From positions 1,711-65,710 of the forward strand of contig CAJUOE010000039.1 of assembly GCA_910587895.1 (NCBI GenBank): a stretch of 64,000 bases of DNA, read 5' to 3'. The notes under the pieces were generated by a model. The model saw only the letters and a program-made list of their open reading frames with translations, searched no databases and was not told where the DNA came from. Numbering within the stretch: the first letter of the stretch is position 1; each line of letters starts with the position of its first letter. Position numbers and translations under genes: made by a program. Shown piece after piece: positions 1-10,009 of this stretch. The stretch is from an uncultured Lachnospiraceae bacterium. GTDB lineage: Bacteria; Bacillota; Clostridia; Lachnospirales; Lachnospiraceae.

Positions 1-1
1 G

Positions 2-1396
2 GCGGAGAGGACAAAATTTTTATCGTACTGTATCTACTCCGGCGTAATTTCAGCATTGATTTACCCCATTGAGGCGCATTGGATCTGGGGCGGCGGCTGG
101 CTGGCGCAGATGGGATTCCATGATTTTGCCGGTTCCTGTGCAATTCATATGGTTGGCGGCATCTCCGCACTGATTGGCGCAGCGATCCTCGGGCCGCGTA
201 TCGGCAAGTTCAGCAAAGACAAGAGCGGCAAGATTACAAAGGTAAATGCATTTCCCGGACACAACCTTCCGCTGGGATGCCTGGGATGTTTCATCCTCTG
301 GTTTGGATGGTATGGATTTAACGGCGCGGCAGCGACTACGATTCCGCAGTTGGGCTCCATTTTCCTGACAACAACGATTGCTCCGGCAGTTGCAACTGTG
401 GTATGTATGGTGTTTACCTGGGTGAAATATGGAAAACCGGACGTTTCTATGTGCTTAAATGCGTCTCTGGCTGGTCTGGTGGCAATCACTGCTCCCTGTG
501 ATGTGACGGATGCGTTTGGAGCGACTGTGATTGGCGCAGTTGCAGGGCTGCTGGTCGTATTTGGCGTATGGCTGTTAGATTACAAGCTGCATGTGGACGA
601 TCCGGTAGGAGCAGTTGCGGTTCATATGATGAACGGTATCTGGGGTACGATTGCGGTAGGCCTTTTTGCCACGTCTTCCGCGCCGGAATCCGAAATTGAC
701 GGATTGTTCTACGGTGGTGGATTCCATCAGCTGGGCCTTCAGCTGCTTGGGTTTGTGACGGTTGCCGCATGGGCGGCAGTCTGCATTACGATTACATTTT
801 ATGTGATTAAGGCAACAATCGGATTGCGCGTGACGGAGGAGGAAGAAATTACCGGACTGGATGCAACGGAACACGGCCTTGCCTCCGCGTACTCAGGATT
901 CAGCATTATGGATGTATCAAACACAATGACAATGGATGTAAATGAGAATACCGATCTGGGCGTGTCGGAATACGAAAGTGCGTCCGAGGCACAGAAAAAT
1001 GCGGCTGTTCCGGTGGTATCCACTGTTCCGGGCAAAACGACAGGCATGTACAAGGTAGTGGTGATTGCAAAACTGTCACGCTACGAAAAACTGAGAAAAG
1101 CGATGAACGACCTGGGCGTTACCGGCATGACCGTGACGCAGGTTATGGGCTGCGGAATCCAGAGAGGAGCAGGCGAGAAATATCGTGGCGTGGAAATGGA
1201 TGCGACGTTACTGCCCAAGGTCAAACTGGAAATTATCGGTGGAAACATCCCGCTGGATAAAGTCATCGAGACAGCGAAGAAGACACTCTATACCGGACAT
1301 ATCGGCGATGGCAAGCTCTTTGTATATGATGTTGCGAAGGTTGTCAAGATTCGTACGGGAGAGGAAGATATGGCAGCGCTTCTGGATGTGGAGTAA
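2..1396 (+). CDS. amt: Ammonium transporter (Amt family) with a C-terminal P-II (GlnB/GlnK-like) domain in the same ORF; 5' end cut by window edge
   Basis: Frame is open from nt 2. Amt motifs AHWIWGGGWL, FHDFAGS and FGWYGFNG are present with many hydrophobic helices. After a Ser/Thr/Asp/Glu-rich linker, the last ~115 aa (MYKVVVIAKL..GMTVTQVMGCG..KVKLEII..GDGKLFVYDV..IRTGE) follow the P-II fold pattern. Confidence 0.85.
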   Translation, partial: AERTKFLSYCIYSGVISALIYPIEAHWIWGGGWLAQMGFHDFAGSCAIHMVGGISALIGAAILGPRIGKFSKDKSGKITKVNAFPGHNLPLGCLGCFILWFGWYGFNGAAATTIPQLGSIFLTTTIAPAVATVVCMVFTWVKYGKPDVSMCLNASLAGLVAITAPCDVTDAFGATVIGAVAGLLVVFGVWLLDYKLHVDDPVGAVAVHMMNGIWGTIAVGLFATSSAPESEIDGLFYGGGFHQLGLQLLGFVTVAAWAAVCITITFYVIKATIGLRVTEEEEITGLDATEHGLASAYSGFSIMDVSNTMTMDVNENTDLGVSEYESASEAQKNAAVPVVSTVPGKTTGMYKVVVIAKLSRYEKLRKAMNDLGVTGMTVTQVMGCGIQRGAGEKYRGVEMDATLLPKVKLEIIGGNIPLDKVIETAKKTLYTGHIGDGKLFVYDVAKVVKIRTGEEDMAALLDVE

Positions 1397-1485
1397 CAGT
1401 TTTTTCATATTCTTCTGGATTTTTCTCACGCGGGAGACTATAATGAAATTATGTAACAAGCATATTTCTAAGGCGAGGAAAAAGT

Positions 1486-2223
1486 ATGGAAAATAATCTG
1501 TTATTTGTGAATCAGAATCATGATATTATCCGACAGTTTCTGGATGTGATGCGGGAATATAATTTTGAAATTGATACGGCGGACAATGGACGGGATGCAG
1601 TTGCTTTCCTGAGAAAGAGAAAATACAAAGTGATGATTACAGGCATGGATCTTTCGCCGATAGACGGCTCGAAACTGATTGCCTTTCTGAATCAGTATTT
1701 TCCCCGCACAGTCTGCATTGTGTATACCAGGAGGCTGGAACTGGCACATTTAAAGCTTCTGGTCAACGAGCGTAAGGTATTTCGCATTTTCCAGAATACG
1801 GCGGATTTTGGCGGAGAGATTTACAGCGCGATTATGCAGGCGTTTGAGTATTACGACGTTGGACAGGAAGAGATGCAGAAACGCCAGATTTTGGAGCAAA
1901 AGCTGAAAAATGGGCATATGAGCCTGAAAGCATTGAAACAGGCCGCGCTGGAAGACAAATCTGAGCGGGAAGAGATAGCGGTGTTTTTGAATACGCTGTT
2001 TCGTGTGTACGCAAAGAATGTCAGGATTACGCTGCCCCGCAAGGAAAGACAGTTGTTGTTTGCCTATGAAATGCATTTGATTTCAAGCCTCTTGGACGGC
2101 TCGGCACGGGCGGAGGATCTGGAGGAACTGAAACAGAAGCTGTTTCAGGCGTGTGACAGCAGGCAGCAGCAGAACCTGGCTCCGATTATTGAAGGAATTC
2201 ATCGGACAATCGAAATCAAATAG
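1486..2223 (+). CDS. Receiver (REC)-like domain protein with uncharacterised helical C-terminal half; probably a pseudo-receiver
   Basis: The N-terminal ~115 aa have a CheY-like layout with an acceptor-like ITGMDLSPIDG. The usual N-terminal acidic pair reads NQ (LLFVNQNHD) and the conserved Lys is not evident. RBS GAGGA lies upstream of the ATG. Confidence 0.6.
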   Translation: MENNLLFVNQNHDIIRQFLDVMREYNFEIDTADNGRDAVAFLRKRKYKVMITGMDLSPIDGSKLIAFLNQYFPRTVCIVYTRRLELAHLKLLVNERKVFRIFQNTADFGGEIYSAIMQAFEYYDVGQEEMQKRQILEQKLKNGHMSLKALKQAALEDKSEREEIAVFLNTLFRVYAKNVRITLPRKERQLLFAYEMHLISSLLDGSARAEDLEELKQKLFQACDSRQQQNLAPIIEGIHRTIEIK

Positions 2224-2241
2224 AATTTATATTGTGAATAA

Positions 2242-2289
2242 GGCGCCACCCGGTCATTGTAAATAAGATGGCCGGGCGGCGCCTTTTTT
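2242..2289. terminator. GC-rich hairpin between convergent genes (REC-like gene and PBP1A gene)
   Basis: GGCGCCACCCGGTCAT..ATGGCCGGGCGGCGCC stem followed by TTTTTT. Confidence 0.7.
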
Positions 2290-2308
2290 ATCTTGTGACA
2301 GAGGAAAT

Positions 2309-4957
2309 TTAATCCTCCTCATCCCTTTCAGAATCTTTCTTGTTATTGTTCTTTTTGGGTTTTTCTTTTTTGTCTTTTTTATTGCTTTCAGGAGTGGCGC
2401 CGTCAAGGTCTTCCGGAATCTCTATGGGAGGGATTTCCGGAATGATGCTCTCGGCTGTGTGGACGGTGCAGTAATTGTCTTCTGCCAGGGCAGCAGGCAA
2501 TAAATACGGGCCGTCGTCTGAATTACCGGAACCGCCGACAATGTAGATGCCGGCCTGCCTTGTCTCTGCGGGGCAGAATTCGTTTGCCAGAAGTCCGGAT
2601 TCTGTGCAGATAGTTGCGCTGACGTGATGGTCGCAATACTCTGTGGGAACTGTCCCGGCAGCAAAATATTCGGTCGCTACCATGCTGCCTCTGGGGTCAG
2701 AATCACATAGCCCGCTAACGGCAAGCTTGCCGGATTTTTTGCATATGGCGGCGGTGAGAATACCTTCCGGCTGGGTAAATTCCCGGTATTCGAGATTCTC
2801 ATGGATACGTCCCATGATATGGTTCCACAGCGTCTTGGGATTGGAGGTCAGTGAACCGTCCTGCGGGCTGTTGTCGTCGTAGCCGCACCATACGGTGCAG
2901 GTATAGTATGGCGTGAAGCCTGCAAACAGGGCGTCGCGGTTGCTGGTCGTAGTTCCTGTTTTCCCGGCAATCGGCATATTGCCGAAATTAACGGCGCCTC
3001 CGGTTCCGACGTTGACGACGTCTTGCATGGCGCTCGTTAAGAGAAATGCCGTAGTCTCCTTGAGTACCGTGTGCGAGTCAGCGGTATTGTCAATCAGAAC
3101 ATTTCCGCTGTGATCGAGAATTCTGGTATAAAAACGTGGTTTGATATAGTTGCCCATGTTGGCAATGGTGGCGTATGCTCCGGTCAGCTCCAGATTCGTT
3201 ACGCCGCGCGTGATGCCGCCCAGTGACAGTGATTCTACAATATCATCCTGTACCAGGGTGGTAAATCCAAAATTCTGCAGGTAATCATAACCAACCTGTG
3301 GAGAGATGTCGGAGAGTGTCTTTACCGTCACGACGTTGATGGATTTTGTAATCGCATAACGGATGGTAGTAAACCCGCGGTAGGAATTATCGTAGTTTCG
3401 CAGGGACGTACCGTTTGAGTAAGTGTAGGGGGCGTCATCCTGAACTGTGGCAAGCGTCATGCCGGCGGTATCCAGCGCCGGCGCATAGGCGGCAAGGACC
3501 TTGAATGTGGAACCAGGCTGCCTTGTGGTATCTGTCGCACGGTTTAACGTACGGCTGCCAGTCTTGTCCCCCCTGCCTCCGACAATCGCTTTTACATCGC
3601 CGCTATACTGGTCGATAATTGTAACTGCGGCCTGTGGCTGGAGCGTAAATACGACCGATTCCCCGCCGTCCACGATCGTATCGCCGGGTTGTATGATTTC
3701 TGCCTTATAAGCGTCAATGGCTGCCTGAGCCTCCTCAATGCTTGCAAAATTCAGCGAGTAGTCCGGGGAAGAGGCGCTGTAATGTGAGATCATGGTCTGG
3801 TCGCTGTAATTTTCCATTGTACCGTCAGATTTCTTGACCGTCAGGCGGTAGGAAAAAGAGTATTTTGCCTCGGTTGAATAGTTTTCCGGCTTGTTCACTT
3901 CTTCGTCGCAGATTTGCTGAATTCCCATGTCCTGCGTGGATTCAATCGTGAGGCCGCTGTTGTAAATGGCTTTGTATGCCTGCGTGTCCGTATATCCTTT
4001 TTTCTCCACCAGATCCTGTACCACCTGGTCGATGACAGCGTCCACAAAATAAGAATTGGGGTTTTCTTCTGCGTATACGATATTGACCTGCTGGATCCGG
4101 GAATAAACGTCATCCAGAATAGCCTCGTCGTATTCTTTTTCAGAGATGTATTCCTGTTCACGCATGTTTTTCAGGACAAGCCGCCGCCGCTCATCGTTTT
4201 TATCCGGATGGCTGACCGGATTATAGGCGGAAGGATTTTTGGTAATTCCGGCGATAACGGCTGCCTCAGACAGGGTAAGTTCCGAGACGTCCTTACCGAA
4301 ATACCGGCGGGAAGCAGACTGTACGCCCAATGTGTTCTGTCCAAGGTTAATGGTGTTCAGGTAGTTTTCCAGGACCCATTCTTTGGATTTGACTTTTGAG
4401 AGCTGAATGGCAAGGTATTGTTCCTGAATTTTGCGCTCAACCTTCTCTATGCCGGACTGGGTTGTCCAGCCTTCAAATACATTGTTTTTCAGCAGCTGCT
4501 GCGTAATCGTGCTGGCGCCCTGGTTGAAGTGGAAACCGTTTGCAATGCCCGTGAATCCGGCGCGGATAATCCCCTTGATGTCAATGCCGTTGTGGTCGTA
4601 GAATCGTTCGTCCTCAATGGCGACAAACGCGTGCTGAACCGTTTGCGGTATTTCGTCCAGCGTTACATACACACGGTTGGAGCCGGAAGCCACAAGCTTT
4701 GCAGTTTCATTTCCCTGGTTGTCCAACACAACGGAAAGGTAGCCTGTGGGCGAGGGGTCTATATCAGAAATATCAGGAGCGGACGCTATGATGCCTTTGA
4801 ATACGCCGATCCCGGCACATCCGCCAATCACTGCAACGGCCAGAAAACATACCAGCAGTGATTTCAGAAATATGACAGTAAATTTCTTACGGATCAACAA
4901 CGCGGAGGAGGTGATCTGTTTCTCTCTTTGTGCTACGCCTTTTTTTCCATAGTTCAT
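2309..4957 (-). CDS. Class A penicillin-binding protein (PBP1A family; glycosyltransferase + transpeptidase)
   Basis: 882 aa with an N-terminal TM anchor. GT51 motifs are EDERFYDHNGID and GASTITQQL. Transpeptidase motifs are STFK, SxN-like SIN and KTGTT. The C-terminal tail is Lys/Asp-rich. AGGAGG RBS precedes the ATG. Confidence 0.9.
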   Translation of the reverse strand: MNYGKKGVAQREKQITSSALLIRKKFTVIFLKSLLVCFLAVAVIGGCAGIGVFKGIIASAPDISDIDPSPTGYLSVVLDNQGNETAKLVASGSNRVYVTLDEIPQTVQHAFVAIEDERFYDHNGIDIKGIIRAGFTGIANGFHFNQGASTITQQLLKNNVFEGWTTQSGIEKVERKIQEQYLAIQLSKVKSKEWVLENYLNTINLGQNTLGVQSASRRYFGKDVSELTLSEAAVIAGITKNPSAYNPVSHPDKNDERRRLVLKNMREQEYISEKEYDEAILDDVYSRIQQVNIVYAEENPNSYFVDAVIDQVVQDLVEKKGYTDTQAYKAIYNSGLTIESTQDMGIQQICDEEVNKPENYSTEAKYSFSYRLTVKKSDGTMENYSDQTMISHYSASSPDYSLNFASIEEAQAAIDAYKAEIIQPGDTIVDGGESVVFTLQPQAAVTIIDQYSGDVKAIVGGRGDKTGSRTLNRATDTTRQPGSTFKVLAAYAPALDTAGMTLATVQDDAPYTYSNGTSLRNYDNSYRGFTTIRYAITKSINVVTVKTLSDISPQVGYDYLQNFGFTTLVQDDIVESLSLGGITRGVTNLELTGAYATIANMGNYIKPRFYTRILDHSGNVLIDNTADSHTVLKETTAFLLTSAMQDVVNVGTGGAVNFGNMPIAGKTGTTTSNRDALFAGFTPYYTCTVWCGYDDNSPQDGSLTSNPKTLWNHIMGRIHENLEYREFTQPEGILTAAICKKSGKLAVSGLCDSDPRGSMVATEYFAAGTVPTEYCDHHVSATICTESGLLANEFCPAETRQAGIYIVGGSGNSDDGPYLLPAALAEDNYCTVHTAESIIPEIPPIEIPEDLDGATPESNKKDKKEKPKKNNNKKDSERDEED

Positions 4958-5358
4958 AGCAAAGCCTCCTTAAAAATAAAACAAAAATTAATATTATCCA
5001 GATATTATATCAAATATGATATGGAAAATAAAGAAAAATATCAGTTTCCAATAAACAGTAGCAGTTATCGGGTTCTAAATTTTGCAAATAGTTATCTCGG
5101 AAAATGTTTGCAATCTATATCTAACCATGCTATGATAAGGAAAAGCATACCCTCTTAGGCAGACTGTTATGTTATCTGGTTTGCTCTGAGGCATATTTTC
5201 TAACATACAAATCTAATGTATCTTTATCTTGCATTTCAGAAAATCCATGCTTTGAATCCTATCAATATTTCATATGGCTGGAGATTCTGAAAGAGGGTTC
5301 TCCGGCGCCTGCTGAATATTTATGCAGGAAATTATCTGCCAGTAAAGGAGGACAGGAG

Positions 5359-6303
5359 ATGAACGATACAAACAATGGCATGAACATGCAGCGCAATTAT
5401 AAGGACACGGTGTTTCGGATGTTATTTTCTGAGAAGGAGAACCTTCTGAGTCTGTACAATGCACTGAATGGAACATCCTACACGGATCCGGACGGGCTGA
5501 TTATCACTACATTGGAAAATGCAGTTTATATGAATTACAAGAATGACATTTCTTTTGTACTGGATATGGAACTAATGCTTTATGAGCATCAATCCACGGT
5601 GAACCCCAATATGCCCTTGCGAAGTTTGTTTTATGTGACAAGGGTGATACAGGGGATCACGAGAGAGAAGGACCTTTATGGACGCAAACAGGTAAAAATA
5701 CCGGCACCCAGATTCATAGTTTTCTATAACGGGGCGGAGCCACAGCCGGAGCGGCAGACATTAAGACTTTCGGATGCATTTGAAGGTACATTGTCTGATG
5801 GTGGAAGAAAGCCGGGAGAATTGGCAGGTGGGGATTTGGAACTGATGGTGACTGTGTATAACATTAATTTAGGGTATAATCAGAACATAATGGAAGGATG
5901 TCAGATACTGAAGGAATATGCGCAGTATGTATCTCAGGTCAGAAAGTACGCAAAGGAAATGGCATTTCCGGAAGCAGTGGAAACAGCAGTAGATTACTGT
6001 ATCAATAATAGGATATTGGCAGATTTTCTGGCGAGGAATCGGGCGGAGGCGATAGCGGTGAGTATTTTTGAGTATGACGAGGAAAAACATATCAGGAATG
6101 AAAAGGAGCTGTCTTACCAGGAAGGGCGTAAATCCGGGATAGAGACTGGAATGGCAGAAAATCTGATAAAAAGTGTGTCATCTTTGATGAACAATTTAGG
6201 ACTTAATCTGCAAAAAGCCTGTGAAAGCCTGGGGATAACTGTTGGGGAATATGAAGACGCAAAAGAGAAAATTGCACATCAGGAGAAAAATACGATGGTA
6301 TAG
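5359..6303 (+). CDS. Rpn-family recombination-promoting nuclease / putative transposase (PD-(D/E)XK, YhgA-like)
   Basis: The N-terminal YKDTVFRMLFSEKENLLSLYNALNG..ENAVYMNYKNDISFVLD..LYEHQST pattern is typical of this family. AAAGGAGG RBS is present. Confidence 0.75.
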   Translation: MNDTNNGMNMQRNYKDTVFRMLFSEKENLLSLYNALNGTSYTDPDGLIITTLENAVYMNYKNDISFVLDMELMLYEHQSTVNPNMPLRSLFYVTRVIQGITREKDLYGRKQVKIPAPRFIVFYNGAEPQPERQTLRLSDAFEGTLSDGGRKPGELAGGDLELMVTVYNINLGYNQNIMEGCQILKEYAQYVSQVRKYAKEMAFPEAVETAVDYCINNRILADFLARNRAEAIAVSIFEYDEEKHIRNEKELSYQEGRKSGIETGMAENLIKSVSSLMNNLGLNLQKACESLGITVGEYEDAKEKIAHQEKNTMV

Positions 6304-6366
6304 AGTTGCATAGGATTATCTTTGATAGTGTTTTGTATATAAGAGAAAAGAAACGGAGCCGATACC

Positions 6367-7020
6367 ATGCGAAACAAGTCCATTAAAATTTTATATCAGG
6401 GCGGCAGCGGTGAAATCGTAGAAAAGAAGTCACGGTTTATTGCTACGCTGGAGAAAATAGAAACGGAGGAGGAGGCTCTTTCTTTTATCGCCCGCATGAA
6501 GAAACAGTATTGGGATGCGAGGCATAACTGTTATGCCTTTGTGGCGGGGAAGAATCAGGAATTGCAGCGGTGCAGCGATGACGGGGAGCCGAATGGAACT
6601 GCAGGCCGTCCTATGCTGGATGTACTTTTGCGGGAAGATGTGCATAATTTAGCGGTGGTTGTGACACGCTATTTCGGAGGAACCCTTCTTGGAACCGGCG
6701 GGTTGGTCCGCGCTTATCAGAAAGCGGTGCAGGAGGGGCTCAAAAACAGTGTTATCATAGAGAAAACGTCGGGGAGAAGCCTTGTGATTGGCACGGATTA
6801 CAACAGCATCGGAAAAATTCAATACATCCTGGCGCAGCAGGAGATTTTGACCATGGACTCTTCTTATACAGATAAGGTGGAGTTAAAGGTCATGGTTCCC
6901 ACAGATAAGCTGGAGGAGCTGAAAGAAGCGATTACGGAGGGAACGAACGGAACCGCACATTTCGAAGTGGGTGAACCGGTAGAATTTGCCGTGGTGGAAG
7001 GGAAAATTGAGCTGCTGTAA
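6367..7020 (+). CDS. yigZ: YigZ / IMPACT-family protein (UPF0029)
   Basis: 217 aa. SRFIA..A..HNCYAF..SDDGEP.GTAG.P and VVVTRYFGG.LLG.GGL motifs are characteristic of YigZ. Confidence 0.8.
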   Translation: MRNKSIKILYQGGSGEIVEKKSRFIATLEKIETEEEALSFIARMKKQYWDARHNCYAFVAGKNQELQRCSDDGEPNGTAGRPMLDVLLREDVHNLAVVVTRYFGGTLLGTGGLVRAYQKAVQEGLKNSVIIEKTSGRSLVIGTDYNSIGKIQYILAQQEILTMDSSYTDKVELKVMVPTDKLEELKEAITEGTNGTAHFEVGEPVEFAVVEGKIELL

Positions 7021-7038
7021 AAAAAATAAAAAAAACAC

Positions 7039-7067
7039 TTGCAATTTGGAAAAAACTCGTATATAAT
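7039..7067 (+). promoter_or_regulatory. Sigma-A type promoter for tRNA-Gln
   Basis: TTGCAA (7039-7044), 17-nt spacer, TATAAT (7062-7067), about 20 nt upstream of the tRNA. Confidence 0.5.
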
Positions 7068-7086
7068 ACTGTTTGTTGAACGACAA

Positions 7087-7158
7087 TGGCCCATCGCCAA
7101 ACGGTAAGGCAACGGACTCTGACTCCGTCATTTCAAGGTTCGAATCCTTGTGGGCCAG
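7087..7158 (+). tRNA. tRNA-Gln (anticodon CUG)
   Basis: Acceptor stem TGGCCCA/TGGGCCA, anticodon stem ACGGA/TCCGT with loop CTCTGAC (anticodon CTG), T arm CAAGG-TTCGAAT-CCTTG. 72 nt; CCA is not encoded. Confidence 0.9.
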
Positions 7159-7240
7159 CTGGATACCTGTCACTTACAGTGATGGGTATTTTTATTCTCT
7201 TATAGGAAAGACCTTGTCACGCTAACCACAGGAGGAAATT

Positions 7241-7951
7241 ATGTACAGTTTTCACAGCAGGATCCGCTATAGCGAGGTGGACAACAGGGGACGGGTTGCG
7301 CTGCCTGCGATTATAGATTATTTTCAGGATTGCAGTAATTTTCAATCAGAAGAGCTGGGAGTAGGGGTCTCGTTTTTGACTGAGCACCGGCTGGCATGGG
7401 TGGTGTCTTCCTGGCAGATTGAGGTTAATCGTTATCCCGGTATGGGAGAACGTGTAAAAGTTAGTACCTGGCCGTATGAATTCAAAGGATTTTTCGGCTA
7501 CCGTAATTTTACGATGGAGACAGAAGAGGGCGAGCTTTTGGCGTATGCCAATTCCATCTGGACGTTGCTGGATACAGAAAAGGGAAGACCCGCGAGGCCT
7601 TTGCCAGAACTGCTTCTGGCGTATGAGATGTCCCCGCAGCTTGCCATGGAATGTGATTCCCGAAAGGTGCCGTTTCCGGAACAGATGGAGCCTAGGGAGC
7701 CATTTCCGGTGCATAAGTACCATATTGATACGAATCAGCACGTAAACAATGGCAAATATGTCAGTATGGCGCAGGAATATATTCCATCCGGTTTTGAGAT
7801 TTGCAAATTACGGGTAGAATACCGCAAGGCAGCGGTCTACGGGGATACGATGTTTCCATTTATTGCGGAAGAACAGGGAAAGATTACAGTAAAGCTTGCA
7901 GATGGGGAAGGAAAACCCTATGCTGTCATAGCGCTGGAGGAAAAGAAATGA
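7241..7951 (+). CDS. Acyl-ACP thioesterase
   Basis: 236 aa. IRYSEVD..G...L..I.DYFQD, double hot-dog layout, and YHIDTNQHVNN in the second half. Confidence 0.8.
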   Translation: MYSFHSRIRYSEVDNRGRVALPAIIDYFQDCSNFQSEELGVGVSFLTEHRLAWVVSSWQIEVNRYPGMGERVKVSTWPYEFKGFFGYRNFTMETEEGELLAYANSIWTLLDTEKGRPARPLPELLLAYEMSPQLAMECDSRKVPFPEQMEPREPFPVHKYHIDTNQHVNNGKYVSMAQEYIPSGFEICKLRVEYRKAAVYGDTMFPFIAEEQGKITVKLADGEGKPYAVIALEEKK

Positions 7952-8784
7952 TTCGACTCGGAGAAAAACAGAAACTTGTAGTAGTGAAGAAAGTAGATTT
8001 TGGCGTATACCTGGCAGAAAACATGGATTCAGAGACTAGGGTCCTGCTTCCGATGAAACAGGTGCCGGAGGGTACGCAGCCTGGAGATGAACTGGAAGTG
8101 TTCATATACAAAGATTCCAAAGACCGCGTGATTTCTACCACGCATGAGCCTAAAATCAAAATGGGCCAGCTGGCTGCGCTTACCGTGCTATCCGTTCAGA
8201 AGATTGGAGCGTTTTTGGACTGGGGGCTGGAAAAAGACCTGTTTCTGCCGTTTAAGGAACAGGCTGGCAAAGTCCAGGCCGGGGATGAAATACTGGTGAG
8301 GCTGTATATTGATAAGAGCAGGAGGCTCTGCGCCAGCATGAGGGAGCTTTACGATATGCTGGAAACAGACTCTTCTTATGAGAAAGGGGATATGGTTCAG
8401 GGACGTGTCTATGAGTTCAGTGATAATTTTGGTACGTTTCTTGCTGTCGATGACAGATATTCTGCCAGAATTCCCAGGCATGAGGATTGCAGTTCCCTGC
8501 GAATCGGGGATGTGGTGGAAGCCCGTGTTGCAGGCGTCAAAGTGGATGGCAAGCTGGATTTGACCCTGCGGGAAAAAGCATACATTCAAATGGATCAGGA
8601 TGCGCAGCGTATCATGGAGGTTCTGGAAGAGTTTGCCGGCGTTTTGCCGTTTAATGACAAAGCATCTCCGGAAATTATCATGCGCGAAATGAAAATGAGC
8701 AAAAATGCTTTTAAACGTGCAGTCGGGCGGTTGTATAAAGAACATAAAATAGAGATTACTGATAAAAATATCCGAAAGATATAG
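7948..8784 (+). CDS. cvfB: S1-like RNA-binding domain protein, CvfB/YitL family
   Basis: The track ORF 7801.. is an upstream extension. The start is most likely the ATG at 7948, which overlaps the thioesterase stop (ATGA). Repeated S1-like segments (FGVYL, GAFLDWG, FGTFLAV) and a C-terminal winged-helix-like tail are present. Confidence 0.75.
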   Translation: MIRLGEKQKLVVVKKVDFGVYLAENMDSETRVLLPMKQVPEGTQPGDELEVFIYKDSKDRVISTTHEPKIKMGQLAALTVLSVQKIGAFLDWGLEKDLFLPFKEQAGKVQAGDEILVRLYIDKSRRLCASMRELYDMLETDSSYEKGDMVQGRVYEFSDNFGTFLAVDDRYSARIPRHEDCSSLRIGDVVEARVAGVKVDGKLDLTLREKAYIQMDQDAQRIMEVLEEFAGVLPFNDKASPEIIMREMKMSKNAFKRAVGRLYKEHKIEITDKNIRKI

Positions 8785-8793
8785 GAGGGCGTG

Positions 8794-9759
8794 ATGTCTC
8801 AGAATAAAAGTGTGAACCGTTTATTTTTAACAGTGGTATTGATTTATATTGGCGGCAGTCTGGGACTCAGCGCATTGTCGGCATTTACGCCGATGGGGGA
8901 CCTGCCGATGTATGTTTCCCTGCTGTTGTCGCAGGCAATGGTCTTTGTACCATGTTTTCTCTACTGCAAATGGAAAAAGATAAAAATCAGGGAACTGATC
9001 CCATACCGGAAAATCAACTTCGTAACAATCATACTTGTAATCATCTGTACGTATCTGATGTATCCGCTGATGATTGTTCTGAATGCCATTTCCATGCTGT
9101 TTTCCACCTCGGGAACGGCAAATGTCATGGAGCTTATGCAGGGACAGAACTTTGTTTTGAGTACGCTGTTTATGGCGCTTTTACCTGCCTGCGTGGAAGA
9201 ATTTATGTTCCGCGGCGTATTATTTCATACATATCGGAAGAGCAAAATGCTGCCCGCAATTTTTCTGAGCGCGTTTTTGTTCGGATGTATGCATATGAAT
9301 TTAAATCAGTTTATGTATGCGTTTGCACTGGGCGTATATCTTGCATTTCTGGTGGAGGCGACCGGAAGCATCTTCAGTTCGATGCTGGCACATTTTACCC
9401 TCAATTTTACCAGCGTGGTCATGAGCACATTGCTGCCGTATTTTTATGAGATGATGGGCGTGCCTGAGACGGAGATGAGCCCGCAGGTTGGAAATGGAGG
9501 ACTGGCCACTGCTATGCCGGGCGGCGAGGTTGCCATGCTCCTGATGGGAATTATGGTTTGGGCGGTGGTTGCAATTGCAACGACCTGCGCAGGATTTGGC
9601 ATTTATATGGCAATCTGCAAGATTAACGGCCGCTGGGGATATGTCAAACGGATGTTTAAGAACGGAACGAAAGAGAGGCTGATTTCGTTTTCGCTTATTT
9701 TGGGAATTCTTATCACTTTTGCATTTATGGGATTTACGATTTATCTGGAATATCTGTGA
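8794..9759 (+). CDS. CPBP-family intramembrane glutamic endopeptidase (CAAX protease/Abi-like)
   Basis: Polytopic membrane protein with motifs EEFMFRGVLF, FGCMH and HFTLNF. AGGAGGG RBS precedes the ATG at 8794. Confidence 0.8.
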   Translation: MSQNKSVNRLFLTVVLIYIGGSLGLSALSAFTPMGDLPMYVSLLLSQAMVFVPCFLYCKWKKIKIRELIPYRKINFVTIILVIICTYLMYPLMIVLNAISMLFSTSGTANVMELMQGQNFVLSTLFMALLPACVEEFMFRGVLFHTYRKSKMLPAIFLSAFLFGCMHMNLNQFMYAFALGVYLAFLVEATGSIFSSMLAHFTLNFTSVVMSTLLPYFYEMMGVPETEMSPQVGNGGLATAMPGGEVAMLLMGIMVWAVVAIATTCAGFGIYMAICKINGRWGYVKRMFKNGTKERLISFSLILGILITFAFMGFTIYLEYL

Positions 9760-9784
9760 TAGCGGGTATTTTCAGGTGTAAAGT

Positions 9785-9819
9785 ACAGGAGCAGATTACA
9801 CATGGTAACCTGCTCCTGT
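9785..9819. terminator. Hairpin between convergent CPBP and yjfB-like genes
   Basis: ACAGGAGCAG..CTGCTCCTGT 10-bp stem; the flanking T tracts are weak. Confidence 0.45.
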
Positions 9820-9832
9820 CTGTTAGATGCTG

Positions 9833-10009
9833 TCAGAGGGAAATGTCAACATTTCCTCCCAGGTGAGGAGTAACGGATTGTTCCATGAGCTTTATCATGG
9901 AGTCTCCCATTGTCTCTGCTGCATCCAGCTGTTTGCCAAGCATGAGAATGCTGATATCATTGTTCAGCTGCGTCATGCTCAACGCGGTTGATAAGGAAGC
10001 AATATCCAT
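9833..10009 (-). CDS. YjfB-family small protein (putative motility protein)
   Basis: 58 aa, MDIASLSTALSMTQLNNDISILMLGKQLD..MIKLMEQSV.PHLGGNVD pattern. GGAGG RBS precedes the internal ATG at 10009; the longer 93-aa track ORF has no RBS. Confidence 0.6.
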   Translation of the reverse strand: MDIASLSTALSMTQLNNDISILMLGKQLDAAETMGDSMIKLMEQSVTPHLGGNVDISL

